Part shown: in pieces, positions 10,191 to 21,071 of the stretch | Position numbering within the stretch: the stretch's first letter is position 1 | Layout of the letters: each line of letters opens with the position of its first letter | Assembly: GCA_004431415.1 (NCBI GenBank) | Contig: QPMI01000097.1 | Coordinates: 127,409-191,408 of the forward strand | Direction: 5' to 3' | Length of the DNA stretch: 64,000 bases | Origin: Cyanophora paradoxa CCMP329 | Lineage: Eukaryota; Plantae; Glaucophyta | Notes under the pieces: generated by a model | Seen by the model: the letters and a program-made list of their open reading frames with translations, nothing else | Told to the model about the DNA's origin: nothing | Database searches by the model: none | Program-made: the position numbers and the translations under genes

Positions 10191-13159
10191 ATGGAGCTCG
10201 CGACGGAGCTCGCGCATCGGGCAAATGATCTCTTCCACAGGTACTACTCCGGCCTTCCGTTCAGTGCCATACTCGGCTCGGGTTACTTGCTGCTGCCGGA
10301 TGTCGGCTTTGCGACCGGCCTCTACCTCCTGCATCTGCTGCCGCGCGCTCGAGTGAGCGCCCGGCGACTGGCGCTCACTGCGGCGGCGACGGCTCTGGTG
10401 ACGGCGGCGCTCGTGCTGGCGGCGTCAGTGTGCGCGATGGACAGCGTCGGCGCGTACGTGGGGCAGTTCCGCGAGCAAACGATCGCACCCGTCGGCGGCG
10501 CGGGCCCGCCGCTGGATTCGGCCTCTGCGAAGAACATCGCCGTCTTCGCGCACATCAGCGACGTGCACGTGTCCGTCGAGAGGTCCCCGGGCCGCCCGCG
10601 GCGCGCGCGAGCTCCGCGCGCGCCGCCTCACGCGCGACGGACGGGGCATGCGCAGGTTCCCGCGTGCGCTCCATCCCCTGCCGCGGCGCGCGGGCGCCGG
10701 GGCAGGGCGGCGAGCTCGAGGGCGCGGCAGACACGGGCGCGGCGTTCCGGCGGCTGATGGGCGAGGTGCTGGGCGTCGTCAGGCCGCGCGCGGTGGTGGC
10801 CACGGGCGACCTCACCGACGCGAAACCCGATGGCTTCGTCGGCCGCCAGGTCGACCCGCCGGCGGCCCGGCGCGGGGCCCGCCTTGCTGATCATGAGTGG
10901 CGGCGCAGAACGGGGAGGAGTGGGGGGAGTACCGCCGTGCCCTCGAGGAGGCCGGCTGGTGGCACCCCGACAAGTACCTCGTGCGCCGCCGCCGGCCGCC
11001 CCGCCCCACCCAGCCTCACTTGCCTAAATTGCCGCAGGACGTCCGCGGCAACCACGGTGCCCCGCCCCGCCCCCCCCCGCCCCGCCCCGCCAGGCGCGGG
11101 GCGAGCGGGGCGGGGCGCGGGGCAGACAACTTCAATGTGTCGGAGCCGTGCCGGAGCGGGGCGCATTTCGCGGCGGCGTCGGTGTCGGGGGCGCACGGGG
11201 CGTGCGCGGGGCGGGGCGCGGGGCGGCGGCACGCGGCGGTGACGTTCGGGGCGCCGGGCGGCCCCGCCGTCCGCTTCCTCGCCCTCGACCTCGCGTCCGC
11301 CGCCCCGGCCCCCGCCGCCCCCGGCCCGCCGGCGTGACCGCGCGGGGCAGGCCGGTGCCGGGGGGCCAGGTCCCCTGGAACTTCTTCGGGGCGGCGGACC
11401 GCGAGGCGCTGGACTTCCTCGAGCGCGAGGGGCCCCGCGGGGGCGCCGCCGCGCACACCTTCCTCGTCACCCACTACCCCCTCGCCACCGTGGACGCCCC
11501 GGGCCGCTCCTCCGCGGGGCGCACCCTCGCCGAGATCGTCGCCTCCCTGCCCGCCACGGGGCACCTCTTCGGCCACCTCCACCTCGAGCGCAAGATCGCC
11601 CGCCGCCGCGTCCGCCCGCCCCGCCTCCCCCCGCCCCCCCGGGCGAGGCGAGCGACGACGCCGGGGGCGGGCAGGGGGGCCTGCTCGAGCTCGGGGGCGC
11701 GGACCTGAAGACGAAGGGCCGCTTCCGCCTCCTCGTCCTCGACCACGACCTCTGCGCGCCGCCCCGCCCCCGCCCCCCGCCCCCGCCCCCCCCTGACCCG
11801 GCCCCGCCGCGCAGTCTCGCTGGCGGAGGCTGCGGTGCCGCTGGGGAAGCGGGGCGGCGGGGCGCGGGAGGAGGCGACGTGGCCGCTGGTGCGGTGACGC
11901 ACCCGAAGGAGGCGGCGCTGCTGTCGGCGCGGGAGCCGCTCGGCCTCCTCGCCCGCTTCCGCCACCTCCGCGTCCTCGCCTACGCCCCCGACGGCCTCGC
12001 CGCCGCCGCCGCCTCCGTCGGTGCCGCCCCGCCCCGCACAGCGCCGCCCCGCACGCCGCCGAGGGGAGGCGGGCAGACGGGGGCGCGCGCCTGCCGCTGG
12101 TGCCCGCGGAGGACGCCGCCGACGAGGGCCTCCCCCTGTGCGCCCGCCCCGCCGGCGCCGCGCCGCTTCGGGGGCCCACGGGGGGGGCCGCAGGCTGGTC
12201 GCCCCCTTCGACTTCTCGGCCCTCGCCCCGGGCCTCCACTCCGTCGAGGTCACCGTCACTGGTGCCCCCCCGAGGGCCGCCCCCTCCGCCCCGCCCCCGC
12301 CTTGCCGGTCGCGAGGGGCGGCCGGGGGCAGACAAAGGGAACCGGACGCGGCGGGTGGCGCACGCCTTCTCGGTGGACGGGACGGTGGCGCCCCTCACGC
12401 CCTCCTTCCCCAACTTCCTCCTCTCCACCAACGCAGTCCGCCCCCGCCCCGCCCCGCCCCGCCCCGCCCCGCCCCTCGCTCGCTCGCCGCAGCGGCCCGA
12501 CGCCGCCGGCGCGGCAGGGCGCCTCTCCGGCCTGCTCTTCGCCGCCGCGCTGGCCGCCCCGCGCTGCTCCTCCTGCTCCCGCCGCTGCGGGGGGCCGCCC
12601 CGCGCCCCCCGGCGCTCGGGAGCGCGGCGGTGCTGGGGTACGGAGCCTACCTCGCGCTGGGCCCCCTCTTCGCGTCGGCCTCCCTCGCCGAGCGCCCGGG
12701 CTCGTCTTCGCGGCCGGCATGTTCTACCCCCCGAGGGCCGCCCCGCCCGCGCGCCCCGCTGCTCTGGCCCTGCGGCGCCCCGCGCCCCTCGCGTGGCCGG
12801 CCTCGCGCGCCGCGGACGTGGCGGCCGGCGAGGCGGTGGCGAGCGCCGACGGGACGCGCTACGCCCTCTCGTGGGCGTGCTTCTTCCTCGCGCCCCTCGC
12901 CGCCCTCGTCGCGGACGGGGCGGGGCGGCGGCCGGACGCGCTGCTGCGGGCGGGGGCGGCGGGGACGATGGCGGTGGGGGCCTTCAACCACAGCTACGGG
13001 CTCTCCCTCGCCTTCGGCGTGCGGGAGACGCTCCTCGAGTGCCCCGCCTGGCGCGCCACCCTGCTCGCCGCCGCCCTCGTCCTCCTCTCCCTGGGCCGCC
13101 CCCGCCGCCCCGCCCCCCCCCCCGCCGCCCCGCCCCCGCCCAAGCTCAAGGCCTCGTAG
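10191..13159 (+). CDS. TMEM62: TMEM62-like membrane metallophosphoesterase
   Basis: Calcineurin-like motifs AHISDVH, VVATGDLTDAK, DVRGNH|D, THYP, GHLH, LELG..DLK..GRFRLLVLDHD; N- and C-terminal hydrophobic segments. Confidence 0.88.
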
Positions 13160-13350
13160 CCGCCTCAAGCTTCTCCTAGCTAATTTTCGAAATGCGCGTT
13201 CCTCGAAGGGCAAAAAGTCTCTCCAAATATCGATGTCGGGTCGATATCCCCTCGCGACCCACATCGAAATCTCTCGAGCTCCGAATCGAATCGAATTGAA
13301 GTCTCGAGCCCTCGGAGGAGAGACTATACGTACTAATTATATCTAAGTCT

Positions 13351-13430
13351 CGAGCTCAAAAGACTCTCCAGTGAAAGTCTCAGCTCCCTGTAATTAAATG
13401 AGACTTTCACTGGAGAGTCTTTTGAGCTCG
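13351..13430. repeat. Perfect 32-bp inverted repeat with 16-nt loop (pre-miRNA-like hairpin or foldback element)
   Basis: cgagctcaaaagactctccagtgaaagtctca (13351-13382) is the exact reverse complement of 13399-13430. Confidence 0.95.
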
Positions 13431-13457
13431 CACTCGAGAACGACCCGCGCTGCACAG

Positions 13458-13697
13458 GGGATCGCACCAGCGTGCGCGAAAATGCTGCGGAAGTGTTGAA
13501 GGCGCGTGCATTGCAATTGCCCATCATGGCCCATTGGCATCTTTCCCCGACGTGCGCTCTCGCAGGCGAACAACGTGGACGGGGAAGAGCTAGAGAGCGA
13601 GCTCTCGACGATCGATGTCATGTGTGCGAAAATGGACGACGAGGATCCCACGCAGGACGTTGAGGAAGCCCGCCGCAAGCGCGGCGATACGGCGTGA
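13458..13697 (+). pseudogene. Orphan two-exon 3' gene fragment with no visible start
   Basis: cag|GDRTSVRENAAEVLK, GC-AG intron 13502-13565, ANNVDGEELESELSTIDVMCAKMDDEDPTQDVEEARRKRGDTA*; upstream sequence is the hairpin. Confidence 0.4.
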
Positions 13698-13732
13698 GGA
13701 AGCCCGCCGCAAGCGCGGCGATACGGCGTGAG
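13661..13732. repeat. Tandem duplication, 2 x 34 bp, each unit with a cgccgc/gcggcg mini-hairpin
   Basis: tgaggaagcccgccgcaagcgcggcgatacggcg repeated exactly. Confidence 0.92.
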
Positions 13733-13931
13733 TGAGCCAGCCCCCCCGTGCACGCGCCCGCGCCCGGTCGGTCCGGCCCATGTTCACGCGCGGGGCAGGC
13801 GCGAGTCGGCGAGGCCCGGCGAGATGCGGTGGATAGGATCGTTATCGTTCGCGTAGTTATTCGAGGCTGTAGAATGAGAAAGGGGAAGAAGGCCGGAGAC
13901 TTTGAGAGGGAGCGCGGGGCGGTGCGGGGGG

Positions 13932-16900
13932 CTACTGCTTCCAGGGGATGGATCGGATGGCGGCGAGGGTGCGGGCGAGCTTGCGGTCGATGCTGGGGTC
14001 GTCCTCGACGGCGTCCAGGAACTCGTCGCGGCTGGCCCCGAGGAGGCGCTGCGCCGCCCGCAGCGGCGCCTCCACCGCCACGCCCAGCGCCGACATTACA
14101 TTCGACAGGTACCCTGCCGCCCCGTCAGCCGCGCGGCGCGCGCGGGGCGGGGCGCGGGCGGGCCGATGTCGGTGGCGAGCTGGCGGGAGCCGGTCGCCCC
14201 CAGGTTCGGGATCTGCAGGATCTGCTCCACGTACATCTGCCCCCGCCATGCGTCAGCCCCGACGGTTGTGCCAGGCCGCCGGGACGGAGGAGGGGGGGAG
14301 GCAGGGAGGCGCCTGTGCGGTGCCCTTGGCGACGGCGGCGATCCAGCCGGCGGCGAAGGCCCCCGCCGCCTCCTCGTCCTCCTCCTCGCCCTCGGGGGCG
14401 GGGGCGGCCGGGGAGGGGAAGTCCTCGAAGAGGGGCAGGGAGGCGTGGCCGGCCCCCCCGGCAGCGGCGGCGGCGGCGAAGGGCTCGAGCTGCTGGGGCA
14501 GCGTCAGCAGGTGCTCCCCCACCTGCGTCACGTACTCCAGCGGCGACAGGCTGAACACCGGCAGCATCAGCCCGCCTGCGCCCCCGGGCCCCGCCCCGCT
14601 CAGCGCCCCGCCCCGCAGGGGTCCCCGGGCGGCGGGGGCGGCGGGAGCGGACTCGGGGCGGGGGCCGGCTCGGAGGCCCAGACGGGGAGGGAGGGGATGG
14701 GGGCGAGCTTGAGGCGGACGGCGTGCGTGGCGGCGTCGTAGACGAGCGAGCGCAGCGCCGTGTAGAGCGCCTGCAGGTGGCCCTGCGCCGCCCCCACCAC
14801 GTGCAGCCGCCCTGCCGCCCTCTCACGCCCCCGCGGGGTGGCGGCGGGGCGGGGCGGGGGGGCGGGGCACCCTCGTCGAGGCGGCGGAAGAGGGCCTTGA
14901 CGCGGGCCAGGCGCTCCTTGTCGCCCCGCACGCGCAGCCCGTGCACCCCCGCCCCGCCCGCCCCACCAGCGCCTCCCGCTGCACCCGCCCCGCCCCTCAG
15001 CCCGCGCCGCGCCGCGCCGGGCGGGGCGGGCCGAGGGCGGGGGCGGGCCTGGGCGGCGATGGCGGCGCGGAAGGGGGCGTCGAGGGCGAGGAGGCGGACG
15101 ATAAGGGAGCGCCCGGCCGCCTGCAGCTGCAGCGCCCCCTGGAAGTCGCTCCAGTCGTGCTGGAAGAGCGCCGCCGACGCCGGCGGCGCCCCGCGCGCCG
15201 ACGCCGGCGCCACCGCCGACGCCGGCGCCGCCGGGCCCTTCTGCGAGCCCGGCGCCTGCGGGCCGCCGCCGGGGCGGAGGGCCCCGGGCTGGCCGCCCGC
15301 CTTCTTCTCCTCGGGGGCCTTGTCGGGGCCGCCGAGGCGGCAGATGCGGCGCACGGCGCGGACGATGCCGGTGAGGCGCTGCGCGTACGAGGCCAGCACG
15401 TCCTGCGCGCCCGTCAGGCTGGCCCCGGGGCGGGGGCGGGGGCGGGGGCGGGGCGCGCGTTGATGCCCTCGATCATCTGCTCCGCCTCCGCGCCACCCGT
15501 GAGCTCCACGCAGCGCTCCGGCGCGTGCTGCGCGGCGTCAGGCGGCGGCGGGCGGGGTGGGGGCGGTGGATTGGGCGGGTGCGGCGGGCCTGGAGGTGGT
15601 TGAGGAGGCGCCCGACGCTCTCCTCGAAGGAGCGCACGCACTCCGCCACCGTGTCCCCCTCCTGCGCCCCGCGGTGAGCGCCGCCAGCGGGGCCGGCGGG
15701 GCGGGAAAGGGGCGGGGGCGCCTGGGCGAGGTCGGCGAGGGCGCGGGAAAGGTGCTCGGCCTCGAGGGAGCGGTAGTCGCGCTGGTACGAGGCGAACGGC
15801 CGCATCGCCGCCGCCACCGCCCCGTTCGCCTGCCCCGCCTCCGCCCCCGCCCCCACCAGGATCTCCCGGCACGACCCCGCGAAGCCGGCGGCGAGCCCGT
15901 GCAGGTCGATCAGCGCCTCCAGCGCCGACGGCGCATCCGCCGCGCCCGCCCCCGCCATGGCCCGCAGCGCCTGCGCCGGCTCAGCGGGGCGGGGCGGGGC
16001 GGGGGCGGGGGCGGGCCTGGTCGATGCGCTCGGCGTGCTGCGGGCGATGGCCTGCAGCGCGTGCACGAGCAGCTGCGCCCCCGCCCCTCGCCCCCCGCAA
16101 CGCCCCGGGGCGGGGCGGGGCGGGGCGGGGCGGGGCGGGCTTGCCTGGGGGAGGAAGTGCCTGCTCTCGGGGAAGACGCTGGCGCACCAGGCGGCCTCGC
16201 CGTTGACGAAGGCGAGGGTCTGGTCGTAGAAGGAGGCCAGCCAGCGCGCCAGCTGCTGGTGCGCCCGCTCCCCCGCCTGCACCCCGCTCCACGCCCCCCA
16301 CGACGCTGCCCGCCCCCTCCCGCCTCGGCGGCGCCCCGCGCGGGCGGCGAAGGCGGGCGGGGTCACCGGCGATGGCCTTCTGGCGGGCGGCGACGTAGAG
16401 GTCGCCGATGAGGGCGCCCCGGCCCACCTTCTCCAGCACCTCCTTGTACATCCGCGCCCCGTCTGCCGCCCCGCCCCCCGCTCAGGCGCCGGCCCCGCGC
16501 GCGGCGCGCGGCGCGGGGGCGCGGGGCGGGGCGCGCCCTGGTTGCGGCTCTCGAGGGCGTCGACGAGCTTCTGACTCACGAGCGCCTCCAGCTTCTCCTG
16601 CATCTCCCCCGCCTGCCGCCCCGCCCGGCGTCGCGCCGGGACCGGCGGCCGGGGCGGCGACGGGGCGGCGGCGCGGGCGCACCCGGCGCTGGTACTGCTC
16701 AAACTCGGGGACGCCCTGGAGGGCCTTGACGCTGCGCTGCATGGCCCCGAGCGTCTCCGCGATCTGCCGGCGGCTCGTGCGGCGCGGCCGGGGCGGGGCG
16801 GGGTGTGGCGGGGCGGGGGCACGGAGGAGAGGTCGCCGGTGGCGAAGACGCGGTCCATCTCCTTGGCGAGCTTGGCGACGTTGTCCGCGTCGCCGAGCAC

Positions 16901-17445
16901 CGACAGGCAGTTGTCCATCTTGTGCTTGATCGTGTCCACAGACGCTATCGCCGCCACGCACCCGCTCGTCTCCTGCTCGATCTGCCGCCGCCCCGCCTCT
17001 CGCCCCCGCGCCCGCGCAGCGAGCGGGGCGCGCACCTGCGTCAGGTTGGCGCTGATGTTCAGCGTCGTCGATTTGAGGCCCATCGCTTCGTTCCGGAGCC
17101 GCTCAAGCTCACGCATCGTCCTGGGGCGCGTCGGCTTCGGTGGCCGGCGAGCGGCCGGCCGGCGCACCGGGTCAGGCTGTGCATGGATTTCGTGCCTATC
17201 TCCTCTAAGCTTCGGTTCAGGTCTCCTGACAGGAACTGCAGCTTCTGCACCAGGGTCGCTACGTGCGTCTGCGCGAACTCGGTCAAGCGCGGCAGAGACG
17301 TGGCTGGCGAGCTCAGGTGCAGGCCCCGGCCGAGACGCGAGCGGCGCACGTCGAGGTTCTCCTCCGGCGCGCGTCCGCGCTTGAGTGCGTCGTTGACCCA
17401 GCGGAGGACGTCGAACGAGGCATCGCTGAACGCCTCTAGGTCCAT
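13932..17445 (-). CDS. COG7: Conserved oligomeric Golgi complex subunit 7
   Basis: MDLEAFSDASFDVLRWVN, LVQKLQ, PRTMRELERLRNEA, FSLSPLEYVTQVGEHLLTLPQQLEPF, QLATDI|GYLSNVMSALG. Confidence 0.94.
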
Positions 17446-17771
17446 CTCGAGGTCCCACGCTTCGAACCTCGAGTGGCGCTCGAGGTTCGGACGGGCCGAT
17501 GGCGCGCGATGATGCTGCGAACGAAGTGCAGATTGTACGGGGGGAAGACTGCGCGGCAGTTACCCCCGCACGCGCAGTTCTTTGCGCGGCTCCTGGCGTC
17601 CCGCCCAACCAGCCCGGCTGCTATAGCTAGCGCTAGCATGCGAGACACACGCTCGCCTATTTGGGGCAGCACCACAGCGACTGCACTGCGCGTGCGGCAG
17701 GAATCTCGTTTTGCCAGGCTGTAGCTAGCGCTGCTAAAAGCCCGACGGCGGCGGCGCGGCGCCGCGGCGCT

Positions 17772-18911
17772 CTACAGGCCGCCGCAGTCCGCGATGACGA
17801 CCGGGCTGCGCACGTCGCCGTCGTCGTTGATGCCCTGGGCCTCCATCTTCTTCACCACTGGTGATCGCAACTCGAAATCAGCAAACTTTGAGACCCGCGT
17901 GCGAGGCGGCGAGGCGCGGCTGACCGTCCACGCCCTCGACGACCTCGCCGAACACGACGTGCATGCCGTCGAGCTGCGAGCCTTCGGTCAGCGCCGGGGC
18001 TCGGCCCGCGAGCAGCGCGGTGGCGCACCCACGAGGTCACGGCCGTCGTGATGAAGAACTGCGAGCCGTTCGTGTTGGGCCCCGCGTTAGCCATGGAGAG
18101 GAGGAAGGGCTTGGTGTGCTTGAGCTTGAAGTTCTCGTCAGGGAAGGTCTGAGAGGCACGTTAATTTCCACGTGGTATGCGGCGCCCACTGTCGGGCGCT
18201 GCGCCGCACCACGCCGTAGATGGACTGCAGTAGGCGTGAGACGGGGGTGGGGGGGTTTAGCGTCGAAAACCGCGGACCTCGCCCCCCGTCCCGTCGCCGG
18301 CAGTGAAGTCACCGCCCTGGCACATGAACTCCTGCAGAGGCCTTAAAAGAGGCCGCGCATTTTGTGCGGGGCACGAGGCAACGCACTTGGATAATGCGGT
18401 GGAATCCAGAACCCTTGAAGTGCAGCGGCTTGCCAGACTTCCCGCGGCCCTTGTCGCCAACGCACAGGCGGTAGAAATTTTCGGCGGTCTTAGGCGTCAC
18501 GTCGTCTGCGCCGCGCCTCGACGTCAGGCGGACCAACTTGAAAGCGCGTCCCCGTGCATTGGGCGGCGTCCCTACGCATTCCTCTCGAATTTAAGGAGCT
18601 ATCAGGCGGACCAACTTGCAAGCGCGTCCCCGTGCATGGGGCGGCGTCCCTACGCATTTCTCTCGAAATTAAGGAGCTATACCGGCGCATTGAGGACTGA
18701 AAATAGCCCGGCCCTCGGTCGCCTCGCGCCGCGGCCCTGCGCCGTCCGCGAATGACGCAGAAACGGACCGTAGAGTTGGAAGACGATGCTGGGGCCCCGA
18801 AACGAGCGATCAGCGGACGTCTACGTCGAAAGTCAACCCGATGCTCGCGCACCGGCCGACGGGCTTCGCTGCGATGGTTATATCCATCCAACACTTGCGG
18901 CGGCTCGCCAT
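17772..18911 (-). CDS. Cyclophilin-type peptidyl-prolyl isomerase (single domain, CypA-like)
   Basis: GR|IVFQLY|[39 protein letters not shown]|[30 protein letters not shown]|[20 protein letters not shown]. Confidence 0.97.
18524..18680. repeat. Tandem duplication, 2 x 78 bp, inside cyclophilin intron 2
   Basis: tcaggcggaccaacttg...aaggagctat starting at 18524 and 18602, a few substitutions. Confidence 0.92.
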
Positions 18912-19047
18912 GTTCAGTCCGATGCGTCGGTTTGCGGCTTTGTAGAGAATGACTCGCCGAATTCTGACGGGATGGTGATCGGCGAGCCTACCCCCCCCCT
19001 AATCGGCGCATCGGTTGCGCGAACGTCGAACCAGCGTAATAGTCAAG

Positions 19048-20859
19048 ATGTCCTTACCGCAGGGCTACGCGGAATTTCAGAGCGTTGAAGCCGTGCTGGA
19101 GAAGCACGTGCCGGCGAATGAGCTGGCCTTCGTCAAGCGGGTGCTGTATGGCAAGCCGGTTGAGAAGCTGCCGGTGGCGCAAGCAGCGGCCGAACTCGCT
19201 GAAAAGCACGACTTTGAAATTCAGGCCTACAAGTACGACGCCGCACGCGAGCAGCTCCGGCCGCCGCGGGTCGTCCGCATTGGCCTCATCCAGAACAAGA
19301 TTGTACGGCCGACGACGGATCCGCTGAAGGATCAGGTGCGTCTTGCAGGGGCTTCTAAACGCACCAGCAGCGCTGCTACGCAGCCGACGCCGCGAATTGC
19401 GTGCGCGCGTTGTGAAGTTGAGGCGGCGCGCGCAGTACCAGGCCATCGAGAACCGCATCCGCACGATGATTGATGCTGCGGGTGCGATGGGTGTGAACAT
19501 CGTCTGCCTGCAAGAGGCGTGGAGTGCGCTCTGGCCCCGCGCCGCCCGGCGGCCCTTCGAGTCTGACCCGTCGCCAGCGGCGCCGTTCTTCATGTGCACG
19601 CGGGAGAAGCAGCCGTGGTGCGAGTTCGCTGAGTCTCTGGAGGACGGCCCCTCCATCAAGTTCTGCCGCGAGGTCGGCCGCCCCCGGATCCGCCTGCCCC
19701 CGACAGCGCCCGCCTGGCCGACGGGGGCGCGCAGATGGCCCGCAAGCACAACATGGTTATCGTGTCGCCCATCCTGGAGCGCGATATCGTGCACGGCGAG
19801 CAGATCCGTGCGCCGCCCCGCCACTCCTCCGCCCCCTCCCGCCTCGCCGACTCGCGCGGCAGGCAACACGGCAGTCGTCTTCAGCAACACAGGGAACATC
19901 ATCGGCAAGCACAGGAAGGTTCGTGTGCGCCCATCACGGGCTTCGCGCGAGGGCCGGCGGGCCGAGGGGGGCGGGCGGGGCAGAACCACATTCCGCGGGT
20001 GGGAGACTTCAACGAGTCGACGTACTACGAGGCGGGCAACGACGGCCACCCCGTCTTCGAGACCGCTTTCGGTGCCTCCCCGCCCGCCGCGCCGCCCCCG
20101 CCCGGCGGCGGCGGACGGGGGCGGGGCAGGGCGGATCGCGGTGAACATCTGCTACGGGCGGCACCACCCGCTCAACTGGATGGCCTTCGGGCTCAACGGG
20201 GCGGAGATCGTGTTCAACCCGTCGGCCACCGTCGGCGCCCTCTCGGAGCCGCTCTGGGGCGTCGAGGCGCGGAACGCCGCCATCGCCAACTCCTACTTCG
20301 CCGCCGCCATCAACCGCGTCGGCACCGAGGCGCGCCCCGCCCCGCCCCGCCCCGCAGCGCCCCGGCGGGGCCGACCGGCGCGCAGGAGTTCCCGAACGAG
20401 TTCACGTCGGGGGACGGGGAGCCGGCGCACCGCCACTTCGGCAACTTCTACGGCTCGACGTACCTCGCCGGGCCCGACGGCTCCCGCACTCCCGTGCCCT
20501 TGCCCCGCCCCGCCCCGCCCCCGCCCCGCCCCCGCCCCGCCCCCGCCGGGGCCGCTGAGGGCGGGGCGGCAGGGCCTGTCGCGGACGCGGGACGGGCTGC
20601 TGGTGGCCGAGCTCGACCTCAACCTCAACCGCCAGGTCCGCGACAAGTGGGGCTTCCAGGTCCGCCCCCGCCCGCCCCGCCCCGCGCCCCGCCCCGCGCC
20701 CCGCCGAGGCGCCGCCAGATGACGGGCCGGCACGAGCTCTACGCGGAAACGCTGGCGCGGGCCGTGCGCCCCGACTTCTCGCCCCAGATCGTGCGCGAGG
20801 GGGGGGCGCCCCAGGGGCCCCCGCCCCACGGCCCCGAGCCGCGCTACCACGTCCTCTGA
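19048..20859 (+). CDS. UPB1: Beta-ureidopropionase (beta-alanine synthase, nitrilase superfamily)
   Basis: EQLRPPRVVRIGLIQNKI, VNIVCLQEAW, CTREKQPWCEFAE, KHRK|NHIPRVGDFNESTYY, IAVNICYGRHHPLNW, EARNAAIANSYF, VRDKWGFQ|MTGR. Confidence 0.98.
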
Positions 20860-21071
20860 GCCCACCGCCCCGCCGCGACCGTGTACTTGTACCCTCCCGC
20901 ACGCCGGCCCTGTACAGACGCCCCCCTGTAAACAACACCTGTACCACGTGTCTAGATCTGTAGATTTCAGAGAAGAGCGTATCGATCTCGACACGCGCGG
21001 CGCATACGGGCGACTGGCGCTCCGGCGGGCGAATGGGGTGCGGGCATAGGAGCATGGGAAGTGGGTGAATG

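Noticed and set aside
18524-18680. Intronic 78-bp units ending in CTGA on the sense strand as tandem box C/D snoRNAs
   Set aside because: No RTGATGA box C at the expected position; the CTGA is explained by the branch motif of a duplicated intron segment
20920-20935. TGTAA as a Chlamydomonas-type polyadenylation signal
   Set aside because: Present after UPB1 but not consistently found after the other genes, so it cannot be supported as the signal
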